A DNA stretch of 64,000 nt from Anaerolineae bacterium (GTDB lineage Bacteria > Chloroflexota > Anaerolineae > Anaerolineales > UBA4823). Made by a program: the position numbers and the translations under genes. The stretch lies in assembly GCA_003327455.1 (NCBI GenBank), contig QOQU01000004.1, forward strand, positions 390,042 to 454,041. Direction: 5' to 3'. Numbering within the stretch: the first letter of the stretch is position 1; each line of letters starts with the position of its first letter. Below the pieces are notes generated by a model that was not told the DNA's origin, made no database searches, and was given only the letters and a program-made list of their open reading frames with translations. This document shows positions 1 through 11,602 of the stretch, one piece after another.

Positions 1-1842
1 TCGTTCCGCCAGTTTACGCACTTCATCGGCCACGACCGCAAAGCCTTTGCCGTGTTCGCCGGCGCGGGCAGCTTCGATGGCGGCGTTCAAAGCCAGCAGG
101 TTGGTCTGGCTGGCAATGTCTTCGATGGTTTCCAGGATCGTGCCGATTTCTTCGGAGCGTTTGCCCATTTCTTCGACTCGCCCGGCCGTCTCGATCACCC
201 GGGCGCTCATCTGCTGCATGCCGGCCAGTACCTGATTCACCGTCTCAACCCCGCTTTGGGCGCTGTGGGCAGCTACCTCAGCGCTCTGGCTGGCTTGCTC
301 GGCGTTTTGCCTTACTTCTTCGATCGCGGTGCCGATTTCGCCCGTCAGGTTGGAAGCCAGCGCCACAGCCTGTGCCTGTTCCTGAGCACCGCGCGCCACT
401 CCTTCGATGGCACGGTTCATCTGCTCAGCCGAAGCAGCTGTGCGCGTGACCGAGTCCGACTGTTGGGCAATGCCTTTGGCAACCTGTTGCACGGTTTGCG
501 CAATTTGTTCGGTAACCAGATCGCTCTGCTGAGCAGCACTGGCAAGCTGCTCCGAGAACAAGCCCATTGCATTGGCGCTCTCGACGACCTGCTGGATCAC
601 CGAACGCAGGTTGGCGACCATCTGCGCAAAAGCGTTACCCAAGACATCCTGCGCCGAGCGTGGCCGCACCGAAAGCGAGAGGTCATTGGCGGCAATCTTC
701 TCGGCAGCGCCGGCCATCTCCTGCAGGTAATTGACCATTGCGGCAAAGGCGCGGCTCAGATCGCCCATCTCATCCTTGCGCTGCTGGTTGAGGTTTATAT
801 TTACCTGACCTTCCGCAATCAGAGCAGCAGCTTTCTTCAACTCGTTGACCGGATCGAGAATGTTTTGGGTAATCATCCAGCTAACCGCCAGCCCCAGCGC
901 CAGCGCCAGCACAACGGCGATGACCGAGAAGCGGGTGGTTGTCTGCTGGGCAGCCTCGATTTGCCGGGTTGCCAGATCACTCAAAGCATCCGTTTTTTCC
1001 TCCACCTGGCGGGCAACGGGCACCATCTCCGACTCGATCTGTTGCATGTCAACGGCAGCCTGATAAAACTCCTCCCCCGCCGCTAGATAACTGTTGAGCA
1101 GTTCTTCAAAACGATTGCTGGCTTCGACGGCGCGGCTGTTCCCCGCTGCCAGGCTGCGATAGCGGAACAGACCACCTTTGGTTTTGGTCAGTTGGAGTTG
1201 AAACAGGCGCCAGTCTTCAGAGGGATTTCTGCTCTCGATTAATAAACGCGCCTGATCTCTCAAGAGATAAAAGTTTTGCACCAATTCGGCGTTAAAGCTG
1301 TTGGAGATGGCATACCACTTGCTCAACGCCTCCAGGTCTTGCTGGGAGCGCGCTGCTTCTACCTCACGATCGAGAACCTCGGTTTGCAAGTTCTGTACTT
1401 CCTGGGTGAACTGCTTAGCAATGTTTGTCCAGCTCTGGACAGCGTTCTCTTTGCGCTGTTGAGCGGCAACCATTTCGCCAAACTTCGCTTCGTAAGTGGC
1501 AACTGTCTGCTCAAGTTCGTCCAGAATTTGCACACTTTCCCCGCCGAGCTTCGGGCGAAGTTCGGCAATTTGTTGCTTGAGATCTGACATCAACGTAGCA
1601 TGTTTTTCGACCGCGTTTTGGGTGTCTCCCTGCCAGACTTCATTCCCTCGGATTTGAAAGTTCTTCTCCTGGCGACGGGCTTCCTCGAAGGTTAATCCTA
1701 TCTGATTGACCGCATAGCGCACCGCAGCCGATCTCTGAATCTGATTAACCCCCCAAAACCCCACCGCGGCAACGCCGATGGTTAAGAGTAAAACAATCCC
1801 AAAACCCAAAGCCAACTTAACACCCAGACGAAGATTATTCAT
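1..1842 (-). CDS. Methyl-accepting chemotaxis protein (N-terminal 614 codons; C-terminus cut by window edge)
   Basis: It is absent from the ORF track because it runs off the window. The reverse complement of nt 1-60 reads [20 protein letters not shown], the MCP signalling-domain hallmark. The ATG at 1842 is preceded by GGAGG. The N-terminus [31 protein letters not shown] is a TM helix. 1842 nt is 614 codons in frame to nt 1. The listed + ORF 52..1086 is its antisense shadow. Confidence 0.85.
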   Translation of the reverse strand, partial: MNNLRLGVKLALGFGIVLLLTIGVAAVGFWGVNQIQRSAAVRYAVNQIGLTFEEARRQEKNFQIRGNEVWQGDTQNAVEKHATLMSDLKQQIAELRPKLGGESVQILDELEQTVATYEAKFGEMVAAQQRKENAVQSWTNIAKQFTQEVQNLQTEVLDREVEAARSQQDLEALSKWYAISNSFNAELVQNFYLLRDQARLLIESRNPSEDWRLFQLQLTKTKGGLFRYRSLAAGNSRAVEASNRFEELLNSYLAAGEEFYQAAVDMQQIESEMVPVARQVEEKTDALSDLATRQIEAAQQTTTRFSVIAVVLALALGLAVSWMITQNILDPVNELKKAAALIAEGQVNINLNQQRKDEMGDLSRAFAAMVNYLQEMAGAAEKIAANDLSLSVRPRSAQDVLGNAFAQMVANLRSVIQQVVESANAMGLFSEQLASAAQQSDLVTEQIAQTVQQVAKGIAQQSDSVTRTAASAEQMNRAIEGVARGAQEQAQAVALASNLTGEIGTAIEEVRQNAEQASQSAEVAAHSAQSGVETVNQVLAGMQQMSARVIETAGRVEEMGKRSEEIGTILETIEDIASQTNLLALNAAIEAARAGEHGKGFAVVADEVRKLAER

Positions 1843-2198
1843 ATAACGAACCTCCTGAATTGCTTACCCTCTTTTCGCTGAGCGAGAGAATCGATCCAGC
1901 ACCTCTCTCGCCACCGACGCGAATCGAGATACCAAAATAGTTTTCGTTTTGTCTGTATTTTCTCAGCTTTGGGGGAATCTGACAGTAAAAAGAGGATAAA
2001 AAAGTCCTTGCAGCGGCGTAAATTTCGGTTGGGATTCGACCTTGCTGCAAGGAGAAGTGAGGTATTGCTATGGGCAGAGCAGATTGTCAACGCTGGTCGG
2101 TTGTGCCGGTCAAAACCGGGCACCCGGCTCAACCGACGCCCCAATCAACCGCCGGGCTGCTGCAGGTCAAAGGCTGACACAAACTGCAGCCATCAATA

Positions 2199-3335
2199 TT
2201 AAGTTACAAAGTCGCGAAAGTTATCGGGATGAATGACGCTGAGCGAGGCCTGGGGGTAAGCACGCAAGAATTCAGTGCGGACGGAGCGGCGCAACGGCGT
2301 TTCCTGCCATTTGAATTCGTAGCCGCTCAGTAACCCGCCGCTCTCCTCGAGATAGTCTATTTCCTTCTGGTCATAGGTGCGCCAGAAATAGGTGTTGACC
2401 ACCCGCCCCGCCAATTGATTGGCTTTACGCCGTTCGGTGATAAGGAAATTCTCCCATAATTGACCGACATCATTGCGCAAATGGAGAGGATTAAAGTTCT
2501 GAATCAGGCTGTTGCGCACGCCATTGTCATAGAAGTAATAGCGGGCGTTTTTGGTCACTTCTTTGCGCAGATTGCGCGAAAAGCCACCCACGCGAAAGAT
2601 GACGAAGACTTTTTCCAACAGATCGAGGTAACGCTCAACGGTCTGACGGTTGAGGGCAAGCGCAGCCGCCAGTTCTGCCACAGAGACTTCCTGTCCGATT
2701 TGGAAAGCCAGCAGGCGTAGCAAATCGGCGATCTTAGCGGCGCGGCGCAAGCCATCCAGTTCAAACAGGTCGCGGTAGAGATAGGCGCCGGTCAGTTCAT
2801 TGAGCAAACGTTGACGCAGTTGAGGCGACTCAGCGGTAACGATGGCAGGATAACCGCCCCACACCAGCCAGCGTTCCAGTTGCGAACGGGTTTCTAACGC
2901 GCCAAAGGCAGCGCTCAATTCGGCGTAACTGAGCGGGTAGAGATGAAAGGTCAACTGTCGCCCGGTAAGCGGTTCGCTGATTTTGCTGGCGAGGTCAAAA
3001 GACGCCGAGCCGGTGACCAGGATGCGCGCCTGGGGAAAGGAATCGACCAGAATTTTGAGATTCAAGCCAATTTCCGGGACGCGCTGGGCTTCGTCAATGA
3101 CCAGGAGTTCGGCGTCGCCGAGCAACTCGCCAAGCGTCTGGCGGCTTTGACTGGCGAGGGCTTCGCGGTAAAGGAGCTCATCGGCGCTGATGTACTTTGC
3201 CCGATAGGGCAGGCTTTGCATCAGGTCGATGGCAAGGGTGGTTTTGCCAACCTGGCGAGGTCCGTAGAGGACGACGACTTTGCCGGGCAGCAAAGATTCC
3301 TGCAATAGAGGTTGGATCAGGCGCGGTATTTTCAC
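2199..3335 (-). CDS. AAA+ ATPase of the DUF4143/COG1373 type
   Basis: 378-aa ORF with Walker A GPRQVGKTT near the N-terminus and Walker B LLVIDEAQ. Length and C-terminal region are typical of the AAA_14 + DUF4143 family. Confidence 0.8.
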   Translation of the reverse strand: MKIPRLIQPLLQESLLPGKVVVLYGPRQVGKTTLAIDLMQSLPYRAKYISADELLYREALASQSRQTLGELLGDAELLVIDEAQRVPEIGLNLKILVDSFPQARILVTGSASFDLASKISEPLTGRQLTFHLYPLSYAELSAAFGALETRSQLERWLVWGGYPAIVTAESPQLRQRLLNELTGAYLYRDLFELDGLRRAAKIADLLRLLAFQIGQEVSVAELAAALALNRQTVERYLDLLEKVFVIFRVGGFSRNLRKEVTKNARYYFYDNGVRNSLIQNFNPLHLRNDVGQLWENFLITERRKANQLAGRVVNTYFWRTYDQKEIDYLEESGGLLSGYEFKWQETPLRRSVRTEFLRAYPQASLSVIHPDNFRDFVT

Positions 3336-3444
3336 AAAATAATTATATCATAATATCTATATTTTCAAAAATACAATCGTTTTATCGATCAAAGGTCTGC
3401 TCTGCCGGCGGTGTTTGCCAGCGGCAGAGTCCATTTTTACCCTC

Positions 3445-3612
3445 CTATTCTTCTTTTTCTCTTCCAGGCCATAAATTCCTGGCAATGAAAAACATCACCA
3501 ATGCCACCACCAGGGAGAGCACATCCCCCTCGGCAGCCCGGATGGATAAGACAATCGCCATCACCACCAACAAGATCATGCCGATCCCAACCGCCACGAA
3601 TGACCAGCGCAA
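3445..3612 (-). CDS. Possible small membrane protein (55 aa, TTG start)
   Basis: Read by hand: GGAGGG, then 5 nt, then a TTG at 3612. Translation is LRWSFVAVGIGMILLVVMAIVLSIRAAEGDVLSLVVALVMFFIARNLWPGREKEE, two hydrophobic helices. It is too short for the ORF track and I recognise no homology. Confidence 0.3.
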   Translation of the reverse strand: MRWSFVAVGIGMILLVVMAIVLSIRAAEGDVLSLVVALVMFFIARNLWPGREKEE

Positions 3613-3776
3613 CGCTACCCTCCTGCTCCTGTTTTTAATCTCAATTTTCCTTAATCCTAATCCCTGCCCAGGTTTTGGTCATGCGTATTTTCCCCTAATT
3701 TCCGAAAGAGTGTTTCCGGATGGCGCGTGTCCGGCTATCGACGACTCGCACGGAGCGTTGCTTTCCAATTTCCTGG

Positions 3777-4027
3777 GCTATCGGGCGTCTCACCCGCTGG
3801 TTTGAGGGCGTTTCGCGCCCTGACGGGCACAGAAGCCTTCGGTGTATTTCGGGCGAGAGGGATGTTCTCCACTCACCTTTGCTATCGGGCGTCTCGCCCG
3901 ATAGTTCGAAGGATGGCGAAAGGAAGTTTTATATCCTGACAGGCAGAGAAGCTTTTGGTGTTTAGCAGACGAGATACTCTCAGGCGAGACGCCTGAGTCC
4001 CCAGAGGAGGGTTTCGTAGGACGAAAC
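3777..4027. repeat. Hairpin-dense imperfect direct repeat downstream of uvrA
   Basis: GCTATCGGGCGTCTC(A/G)CCCG occurs at 3777-3796 and 3881-3900, each followed about 60 nt later by CCTGAC(G/A)GGCA(C/G)AGAAGC(C/T)TT(C/T)GGTGT. Perfect hairpins: TATCGGGCG-tct-CGCCCGATA at 3883-3903, CTCAGGCG-aga-CGCCTGAG at 3979-3997 (the same GGCG-N3-CGCC core inverted), GTTTCGT-agg-ACGAAAC at 4011-4027, and GGGCG-tttcg-CGCCC at 3806-3820. Confidence 0.7.
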
Positions 4028-4088
4028 GAATTTCGCCCAACCTGCAGAGGCGGGAACGATGCCCAGAAATGTTATTGCTCGGCAATCC

Positions 4089-7016
4089 TTACCCGCAGAC
4101 AATGCGGCGCAGGAACTGACCGGTGAAGGATTGGGGGTTGGCACAAATCTCCTCCGGTGTGCCTACGGCGACCACCTCGCCGCCTCGATCGCCTCCCTCC
4201 GGACCCAGGTCGATGATATAGTCGGCAACCTTTATAATGTCCAGGTTGTGTTCGATAATCAAAACCGTGTTGCCTCCTTCCACCAGGCGTTGCAAGACCT
4301 CGATGAGTTTATGCACATCGGCGGCATGTAAGCCCACCGAGGGTTCATCCAGAACATACAGGGTGCGCCCGGTCGAGCGGCGGGAGAGTTCTTTCGCCAG
4401 TTTCACCCGTTGGGCTTCGCCGCCCGATAACGTGGGCGCCGGCTGACCGATGCGGATGTAGCCCAGCCCGACATCCTGCAGGGTCTTCAGCCGATTGATC
4501 ATGTTCGGAAAGGCAGCAAAGACTTCCATCGCCTTATCCACGGTCAGGTCCAGGACATCGGCAATGTTGTATTCCTTGAAGCGCACCTGCAGGGTTTCGC
4601 GATTGAAGCGCGCCCCATGACAGACATCACACGGCACGTAAACATCGGGCAGGAACTGCATTTCGATTCGCAGTTGCCCCTGTCCCTGACAGGCTTCACA
4701 GCGACCACCATGTACATTGAAAGAAAAGCGTCCCGGTTTATAGCCGCGCATTTTGCTCTCCGGCAGTTCGGCGAAAAGGGCGCGAATCAGGTCGAACAGG
4801 CCGGTATAGGTGCCGGGGTTGGAGCGCGGCGTACGCCCGATGGGCGACTGATCGATATTAATCACCTTATCGATATGTTCCAGCCCTTCGATGCGATCGT
4901 GCGCGCCGGGCTGGGTATGCGTGTGATAAAGATGCTGCGCCAGGGCTTTGTAGAGGATTTCCACCATCAGGGTAGATTTCCCCGAGCCCGAAACGCCGGT
5001 GATGCACACCAGGCGCCCGAGTGGAATCTCGACATTGATGTTCTTCAAGTTGTTTTCGCGCGCTCCAATAATGCGCAAGACTTTACCGTTGCCGTTGCGC
5101 CGCACGCCTGGGATGGGCACCTGCAAACGGCGCGAGAGATAGGCGCCGGTCAGGGAGCGCGGATTGCTCAAAATGTCTTCCAGTCTGCCCTGGGCGACAA
5201 TTTCCCCGCCGTTTTCGCCTGCCCCGGGACCCAAATCCACAATCCAGTCGGCGGCGCGGATGGTCTCTTCATCGTGTTCCACCACCAGGACGGTGTTGCC
5301 CAGATCGCGCAAACCTTCCAGGGTGCGCAACAGGCGGGCATTGTCGCGAGGATGCAAACCAATCGAAGGCTCATCCAGGACATACAGCACCCCCATCAGG
5401 CGCGAGCCGATCTGGGTTGCCAGGCGGATGCGCTGTGCTTCTCCGCCGGAGAGCGAAGCCGCCGTGCGTTTGAGAGTCAGGTAATCCAGCCCCACATCCA
5501 CCAGAAAGCCCAGGCGCGCCTTGATTTCCTTCAGGATGCGCTCGGCAATCATCTTTTGGCGGACGGTCAGAGGTGAATTTTCGCCGCTCAGGTGTTCCAC
5601 CCACTGCAAGGTGCGCAGGACGGGCCATTCGGTGACCTGGATGATGTTATAGCCATCCACGGTCACCGCCAGGGCTTCCTCGCGCAGGCGTTGCCCGTGG
5701 CAGCGCGGGCAAACCACCTCGCTCATCACTTCGGCGATCTTCTCGCGAATATATTCCGAGTTGGTTTCCTGATAACGGCGGTGCAGGTTATTGATCACCC
5801 CTTCAAAGGGGGCGCGAAAGGTTGCCTCGCGCCCTTCGCGGTTATAGCGAACGGTGACCTCGCGCCCGCCGGTTCCATATAAAATGATGTCCAATTTTTC
5901 CGGCGGCAGGCTGCTGACCGGGGCGTTCAGGTCGATCTGATATTCACGGGCAACCGCCTGCAGGGCTTGCCAGTAATAGCCGCCTTCTTCGCGCGGCCCG
6001 TGCCATTCCGAGACGATGATTGCCCCTTCGTTGAGGGATAATTCCTTGTTGGGGATGAGCAGATCGGGATCGATGACCAGTTTTCCTCCCAACCCCTGAC
6101 ATTCCGGGCAGGCGCCGTGCGGCGTATTGAACGAAAAGGTGCGCGGCTCGATCTCGGGCAGGCTAACGCCATGCTCCGGGCAAGCCAGATGTTCCGAAAA
6201 GTGCCAGTCGTACGGCTCTGGCTGCCCCTCTAAAGCTGCGGAGGCGTCAGGCGAATGCAGTGCGACAGCAGAGGGCAGCACCTGCACAGTGAGATAGCCC
6301 TCGCCAAATTTCAAAGCCGTCTCGACCGAATCGGTCAGGCGGCTGCGGAAGGTCTCCCGCTCTTCAGCCTCCTCTTCCCGCGGGATGATCAGCCGATCCA
6401 CCACGGCCTCGATGGTGTGCAGTTTATAGCGGTCTAAAGGAATCTCTTCCACGAGAGGATAGACCGTCCCATCCACGCGGGCGCGGGTGAAACCGGCTTT
6501 GCGGATCTCCTCGAAGACTGCCTGATGGGTGCCCTTGCGCCCACGGATGAGCGGCGCCAGAATCAGGAAGCGCGTGCCCGGCGGCAGGGTTTCGATGGCA
6601 TCCACAATCTCCTGCGCCGATTGTTTGCTCACCTCACGCCCACAGACCGGGCAGTGGGGGATGCCGATGCGGGCATAGAGCAGGCGCAGATAGTCGTAAA
6701 TTTCCGTCACCGTCCCTACCGTCGAGCGCGGATTGTGCGAAACGCCTTTCTGGTCAATCGAAACGGCTGGCGAAAGCCCTTCGATATAATCAACATCCGG
6801 CTTTTCCATCTGCCCCAAAAACTGCCGCGCATAGGCAGAAAGCGATTCGACATAGCGGCGTTGCCCTTCGGCGAAGATGGTATCGAAGGCTAAAGAGGAT
6901 TTTCCCGAACCGGAAAGCCCGGTGATGACCACCAGCTTATCGCGCGGGATATCAACACTGATATTTTTCAGGTTATGGACGCGCGCACCAACCACACGCA
7001 GGACATTTTGCGACAT
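4089..7016 (-). CDS. uvrA: Excinuclease ABC subunit A
   Basis: 975-aa ORF with two ABC ATPase modules ([18 protein letters not shown]), LSGGEAQR signatures and zinc-finger Cys clusters ([19 protein letters not shown]). Length is canonical for UvrA. Confidence 0.97.
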   Translation of the reverse strand: MSQNVLRVVGARVHNLKNISVDIPRDKLVVITGLSGSGKSSLAFDTIFAEGQRRYVESLSAYARQFLGQMEKPDVDYIEGLSPAVSIDQKGVSHNPRSTVGTVTEIYDYLRLLYARIGIPHCPVCGREVSKQSAQEIVDAIETLPPGTRFLILAPLIRGRKGTHQAVFEEIRKAGFTRARVDGTVYPLVEEIPLDRYKLHTIEAVVDRLIIPREEEAEERETFRSRLTDSVETALKFGEGYLTVQVLPSAVALHSPDASAALEGQPEPYDWHFSEHLACPEHGVSLPEIEPRTFSFNTPHGACPECQGLGGKLVIDPDLLIPNKELSLNEGAIIVSEWHGPREEGGYYWQALQAVAREYQIDLNAPVSSLPPEKLDIILYGTGGREVTVRYNREGREATFRAPFEGVINNLHRRYQETNSEYIREKIAEVMSEVVCPRCHGQRLREEALAVTVDGYNIIQVTEWPVLRTLQWVEHLSGENSPLTVRQKMIAERILKEIKARLGFLVDVGLDYLTLKRTAASLSGGEAQRIRLATQIGSRLMGVLYVLDEPSIGLHPRDNARLLRTLEGLRDLGNTVLVVEHDEETIRAADWIVDLGPGAGENGGEIVAQGRLEDILSNPRSLTGAYLSRRLQVPIPGVRRNGNGKVLRIIGARENNLKNINVEIPLGRLVCITGVSGSGKSTLMVEILYKALAQHLYHTHTQPGAHDRIEGLEHIDKVINIDQSPIGRTPRSNPGTYTGLFDLIRALFAELPESKMRGYKPGRFSFNVHGGRCEACQGQGQLRIEMQFLPDVYVPCDVCHGARFNRETLQVRFKEYNIADVLDLTVDKAMEVFAAFPNMINRLKTLQDVGLGYIRIGQPAPTLSGGEAQRVKLAKELSRRSTGRTLYVLDEPSVGLHAADVHKLIEVLQRLVEGGNTVLIIEHNLDIIKVADYIIDLGPEGGDRGGEVVAVGTPEEICANPQSFTGQFLRRIVCG

Positions 7017-7164
7017 AAGAGACCCTCATCCGAAAGAGGATTTTTCAGACCTTTCATTATACCAACTGGAATGCAGAAAGAACGTTGGCTGGAAAAATCG
7101 CCCGAAAATCACCCCTGCTCAGGGTTGTTTTACAGAACAGGAACCTTGCTCCTTAAAGCCAGGT

Positions 7165-8361
7165 CTAAAATAGAACCGGTAAAGCCTTCAAGCCACGAAT
7201 GACAAAATTGGGGCGATATTCCACCGTCTGAACTGCCAGGCGCAGGTCTGGCAGCCTTTCCATCAAAACCTGAAAGGCAACCTGCATTTCCAGACGCGCC
7301 AGCGGTGCGCCAACGCAATAATGGATGCCAGCGCCAAAACCCAAATGAGGATTGTCCTGGCGGGTAATGTCAAAGGCGTGTGGGTTCGGGAAGCGGGCCG
7401 GATCACGGTTGCCGGCTGCATAGAGCAGGGCAAGCTGCTCGCCCCTGGTGAAGTGAAAGCCTTGATAGTCCAGGTCTTCTCTCACCCAACGGCGGAACAG
7501 TTGCAAGGGGGTATCATACCGTAAAACCTCTTCGACAGCCGTCTTGATCAACTCTGGAGACCTTTTCAAACGATGGTATTGCTGCGGATGACGAAAGAAT
7601 GCCAGCATCCCGTTGGCAATGGCATTGACGGTTGCTTCATGCCCGGCGTTGAGCATCAGGATACAGGTTGCAACCAGTTCAGCTTCGCTCAGGCGATTGC
7701 CTTCCTCCTCTGCTTCGACCAGTGCGCTGATCAAATCCTCCCGTGGGGCAAGTCGGCGCTCCTTGATCAAGCCCTGAAGAAAGGCAGAAAATTCGCTCAC
7801 TGCCTGGTTGGCTCTGCGGGCATCCTCGGCGTTGGGCGAAAGTTCATACATTGCCACAATTGCCTGAGACCAGGGGCGCAGGAAAGCGCGTCCCTGCGGC
7901 GGCACGCCCAATAATTCGGCAATCACCATGACCGGCAGTGGTTCAGCAAAATCGGCTAAGAGGTCCATGGCGCGGCGCGGCAACACGGCATCCAGCAAAC
8001 GGTGAGCAATTTCGGTCACGCGCGGGCGCAGGGCTTCGACCCGCGCCGGGGTAAAAGCCTTGTTGACCAGACCTCGCAGGCGGGTATGGTCGGGAGGTTC
8101 TTTTTCCATCAAGGAGTTGTGGTGCAGTTGACCGAAAGGAGTCTGAGGGTCGGGTTTGGGGGCGCCTTCCATATCCCTGCCCAGGCGACGATCGCGCAGC
8201 AAGGTGTTGATATCCTCATAAGCGCTCACAAACCACAACTTCCAATCGGGATCGTAGAGAATCGGGCTTTCGCTCCGCAGCCGATCATAGTAAGGGTATG
8301 GATCGGCAATAAACTCAGCAGATTGCAAATCGATCCCCAAACGGCTCAAGCCTGTGCGCAT
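7165..8361 (-). CDS. Cytochrome P450
   Basis: 398-aa ORF with heme-thiolate loop [14 protein letters not shown] (FxxGxxxCxG), I-helix AGHEAT and an EEVLR (ExxR) motif. Confidence 0.92.
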   Translation of the reverse strand: MRTGLSRLGIDLQSAEFIADPYPYYDRLRSESPILYDPDWKLWFVSAYEDINTLLRDRRLGRDMEGAPKPDPQTPFGQLHHNSLMEKEPPDHTRLRGLVNKAFTPARVEALRPRVTEIAHRLLDAVLPRRAMDLLADFAEPLPVMVIAELLGVPPQGRAFLRPWSQAIVAMYELSPNAEDARRANQAVSEFSAFLQGLIKERRLAPREDLISALVEAEEEGNRLSEAELVATCILMLNAGHEATVNAIANGMLAFFRHPQQYHRLKRSPELIKTAVEEVLRYDTPLQLFRRWVREDLDYQGFHFTRGEQLALLYAAGNRDPARFPNPHAFDITRQDNPHLGFGAGIHYCVGAPLARLEMQVAFQVLMERLPDLRLAVQTVEYRPNFVIRGLKALPVLF

Positions 8362-8549
8362 CGCTTCTCTCCCGGGTTTGATGAATGTTCCGACGGGCCA
8401 TTATACTCCAAAGACGCTCCGATTTGTCCAATACTTGACGCGCCCCTCGTGAACGGGATGGCGAAAACGAATCTGCCGCCCACAAGTTCACGCGTTAACC
8501 GCCGCGCGGCAAAGTGCAGGAAAACAACAGCAATAGATGGAGCGAACCG

Positions 8550-8840
8550 TCAGATTGCTTTTTGAGTTGGAGCGGGCTTTACTTCCCGACAGCGCGGATA
8601 ATTAACGCAACCATAGAATTGTTTGCCCTGATGCTCTCCCTGGGTTACGGTTCTCAACACCATGGGGAGACCGCACTTTGGACAAACGGGAAGAGGATTG
8701 CTGCGAACCACGTTGTTTGACACATTAGTGGATGCTGGCTGGGGGACATCGGAGAGAGGAACTCTGTCCCTTAAGAAGGGTGCAACTTGCGCAGCAATCT
8801 CCCTCGAATTATATTCCCGCTGAACAGAAAAACGCAACAA
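8550..8840 (-). CDS. Small protein with a topoisomerase-type C4 zinc finger
   Basis: 96 aa. The C-terminal CPKCGLPMVLR...GKQFYGCVNYPRC matches the zf-C4_Topoisom pattern. Confidence 0.6.
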   Translation of the reverse strand: MLRFSVQREYNSREIAAQVAPFLRDRVPLSDVPQPASTNVSNNVVRSNPLPVCPKCGLPMVLRTVTQGEHQGKQFYGCVNYPRCREVKPAPTQKAI

Positions 8841-8910
8841 AGGTAGCTCCTTCTATTGTCGCAAAGGCTTATAATACAAGGGTAAATTGAACTTTCCCGG
8901 AGTTGCCCTG

Positions 8911-10068
8911 ATGACCCAATCCCTTCACCTTCTCCATGTGGACGCCTTTACTCCCCAGGGCTGGGTGAGAGACGCCTGTATTTCAATTGCAGCCGGAAAG
9001 ATCACCGACATCTTTCCCTATAAAAACGGCATGCCCATGCCAGAAGGGAAGTGCCTGGAGCGAAAAGGTTGGATCGCTTCACCCGGCTGGATTGAATTGC
9101 AGATCAACGGTGCGTTTGGCGTGGATTTTGCCGAAGAACCACAGCGCATGTGGGAGATCGCCGCTCGTCTGCCCGAATTTGGCTTTACCGCCTTTTTACC
9201 CACCATCGTCACCTCGCCACCGGCGGTTTTCCAACAGGCAATCGAGGTCTGGAAAGGCGGCCCACCCACAGGCTGGCAGGGGGCGATTCCTCTAGGCCTG
9301 CACTTCGAGGGCCCCTTCCTGAATCCCAAGAAAAAAGGCGCCCACAACCCTCAGCTTTTGCAACCGCCCAATCCAAATCTGGTTGCAGATTGGGACGCCG
9401 CCAATGGCGTTCGGCTGGTTACGCTGGCGCCCGAACTGCCCGGCGCCTATGAACTTGCCCAAACCCTGCGCGAACGCGGCATTGTCCTTTCCATCGGGCA
9501 TTCCTATGCCACGTATGAAGAAGCCCTAACGGCTTTTGAGCAGGGCTTTCGCTATGTGACCCATCTATATAATGCCATGACCCCCCTCGAATATCGTGCC
9601 CCTGGTCTGGTGGGGGCAGTCCTCACCCATCCAGAAATCACCGTCAGCCTGATCGCCGATGGAATTCATGTCCACCCGGCGATGCTGAAGCTTGCCTACC
9701 AGACTCGCAGCCCCGACCATGTGGTGCTGGTGACCGATGCCATGAGCGCCCTGGGCATGCCGCCGGGTCGTTATCCCCTCGGCGGAAAACAGGAAGTGTT
9801 TGTCGATGGACACAGCGCCCGCCTTGCCGATGGTACGCTGGCAGGCAGCCTCTTGAAACCCGCCGATGCCCTGCGCAACATGATGACGTTTTGTGACGCC
9901 CCAATGGAGAAAATCCTCCCCTGCCTGACCAGCACCCCAGCCGCGGTCTTAGGTCTGTCCAATAAGGGAACCTTACAAGTCGGAGCGGATGCCGATCTGA
10001 CCCTTCTCGACCCCGAAGGCAACCTCGCCATGACCCTCGTTGGAGGAGAAATTGTTTATGAAGCCTGA
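8911..10068 (+). CDS. nagA: N-acetylglucosamine-6-phosphate deacetylase
   Basis: Amidohydrolase motifs are present: LHFEGPFLNPKKKGAH, GHSYATYEE, THLYNAM and TDAMSA. I place the start at the ATG at 8911 (MTQSL), 8 nt after a GGAG, rather than the TTG at 8887. Confidence 0.88.
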   Translation: MTQSLHLLHVDAFTPQGWVRDACISIAAGKITDIFPYKNGMPMPEGKCLERKGWIASPGWIELQINGAFGVDFAEEPQRMWEIAARLPEFGFTAFLPTIVTSPPAVFQQAIEVWKGGPPTGWQGAIPLGLHFEGPFLNPKKKGAHNPQLLQPPNPNLVADWDAANGVRLVTLAPELPGAYELAQTLRERGIVLSIGHSYATYEEALTAFEQGFRYVTHLYNAMTPLEYRAPGLVGAVLTHPEITVSLIADGIHVHPAMLKLAYQTRSPDHVVLVTDAMSALGMPPGRYPLGGKQEVFVDGHSARLADGTLAGSLLKPADALRNMMTFCDAPMEKILPCLTSTPAAVLGLSNKGTLQVGADADLTLLDPEGNLAMTLVGGEIVYEA

Positions 10069-10076
10069 AAGTTAAG

Positions 10077-11492
10077 ATGTCTCTCCCTCCAGGATTTACC
10101 CCCCGCAAGGCATTCGATGAACCGTTCTATCGAAGAACTTTAAATGCCGGCATTGCAGCCGTCAAAGGCGGCGATTTTGCTGAAGCAAACCTCTTACTGC
10201 GCAAAGCCGCCGAAATGAAGCCGACCGACCCCCTGCCCTGGCTCTGGCTCTCCGCCGCAACCCAGGACCCCCAGGAACAAAAAGAATACCTGGAATATGC
10301 GCTGGCTGCCGACCCTAACAACGGCGCTGCCCGCCGGGGCTTGGCCATCCTGTCGGGCAAGGTCGACCGCAAGCGGCTGCTCGCCGAAGGTCAGGAAGTG
10401 CAAGCCCGACGACCCGAAGCGCCCATCGAAGCGCAAGCCGGGCAGGTCTTTCGCTGTGACAATTGCGGCGGCAGAATGCATTATGAGGTCTCGAAGCAAG
10501 AGCTGATTTGCGAAAACTGTGGCACTCGCCAGCCTGTCCCTTCACCTTCTGCGGCAGATGAATCAGAACAAGTGTTGGATTTTGCATTACTGACCTCGCG
10601 CGGTCACACCTGGGCAGAAGCTCAGCACCGGCTTGCCTGCAATCAATGTGGCGCAGTGACCATCCTGGATATTGGAGAACGGGCAGTTACCTGTCCGCAT
10701 TGTGGCTCATCGCAACTGATCGTGTCGGAGGAAAGCGCCGAACTCCTTCAACCCAATGCCATTGCTCCCCCCAAAATCTCGCCCGAACAAGCCACAGAAC
10801 TGGTCAGCCGCTGGCTTGGAAAGGGCCTCTTTATCTCCGACGATTTGAAGAAACTGGCAAAACCTTCTACCCTGCGGGCGGTCTATTATCCTTTTTGGAC
10901 TTTCGATGGCTTTCTCAAGCTGAATTGGGTCTGTGAAGTCAACCACGGTTCATCCCGCAACCCAATCTGGGTTGTTGAGCGCGGGGAGGAGTTTGAAATC
11001 TTCGACGATGAGTGGATCCCGGGGCTGACTTCGCTTTCTGAAGAAGACCTTCAGGGACTTGCGCCGCTTGATTTCAAAACGGTGGTCGCCTACGAACCGA
11101 CGGTTCTGGTCGATTGGAACGTCCTGGCATACGACCATTCCTTAGCCGAAGCTTCTCTCGATGCGCGGGAGCGCATCGCCAAACGGCTTCGCCAGAATCT
11201 GCGTCACAAAGTGCTTCCCGGCAGGGAAAAACGCAATTTTCAAAGCGGCGCGCCGGAATGGAGCGGGATGACCTACAAACTGGTTCTATTTCCCTTTTAT
11301 GTAGGGAACTATACTTATCGTGGTAAAGCCTATCACCTCTTCGTCAATGCCCAAAATGGCAAGGTCAGCGGCGCAAAACCCGTCGATCGGGTCAAACAGG
11401 TTGCCTTTTTCCTTCTGGTTGTCCTGAGCGCCACAGTCCTGCTGTTGGCGCTTTACCTGCTGGGGTTGAGCTTCGGTTGGTTCGGATTCTAA
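10077..11492 (+). CDS. TPR plus double zinc-ribbon membrane-anchored protein (function unknown)
   Basis: 471 aa. The N-terminus has TPR-like repeats (GDFAEANLLLRKAAEMKP..., YLEYALAADPNN). CxxC pairs are CDNCGG..CENCG and CNQCG..CPHCG. The C-terminus has a TM helix, VAFFLLVVLSATVLLLALYLLGL. Confidence 0.6.
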   Translation: MSLPPGFTPRKAFDEPFYRRTLNAGIAAVKGGDFAEANLLLRKAAEMKPTDPLPWLWLSAATQDPQEQKEYLEYALAADPNNGAARRGLAILSGKVDRKRLLAEGQEVQARRPEAPIEAQAGQVFRCDNCGGRMHYEVSKQELICENCGTRQPVPSPSAADESEQVLDFALLTSRGHTWAEAQHRLACNQCGAVTILDIGERAVTCPHCGSSQLIVSEESAELLQPNAIAPPKISPEQATELVSRWLGKGLFISDDLKKLAKPSTLRAVYYPFWTFDGFLKLNWVCEVNHGSSRNPIWVVERGEEFEIFDDEWIPGLTSLSEEDLQGLAPLDFKTVVAYEPTVLVDWNVLAYDHSLAEASLDARERIAKRLRQNLRHKVLPGREKRNFQSGAPEWSGMTYKLVLFPFYVGNYTYRGKAYHLFVNAQNGKVSGAKPVDRVKQVAFFLLVVLSATVLLLALYLLGLSFGWFGF

Positions 11493-11602
11493 ACCCAATT
11501 ATCGATTAAAATAACGCCACAGTTGGACAAACCAGGCAGGCACTGGGCGCGTTGTTGCCCGGTTGCGCGCCTTTCAATCTGAAAATTCAGGAATTTTCGA
11601 CG

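Noticed and set aside
52-1086. 344-aa + strand ORF, plus the nested ORFs 47..235 and 845..1063
   Set aside because: It is the antisense shadow of the minus-strand MCP gene. The minus frame gives textbook MCP signalling-domain sequence, whereas the + frame is low-complexity G/L/A/R-rich with no motifs.
3197-3965. + strand ORFs 3197..3805, 3720..3965 and 3727..3939
   Set aside because: They run through a promoter region, the antisense of a small membrane ORF and the hairpin repeat cluster. The repeated peptide (YRASHPLV/YRASRPIV) comes from the DNA repeat, not from selection on a protein.
4617-5576. 319-aa + ORF and other ORFs nested inside uvrA
   Set aside because: They are antisense to a high-confidence 975-aa uvrA in high-GC DNA, where long spurious antisense frames are expected.
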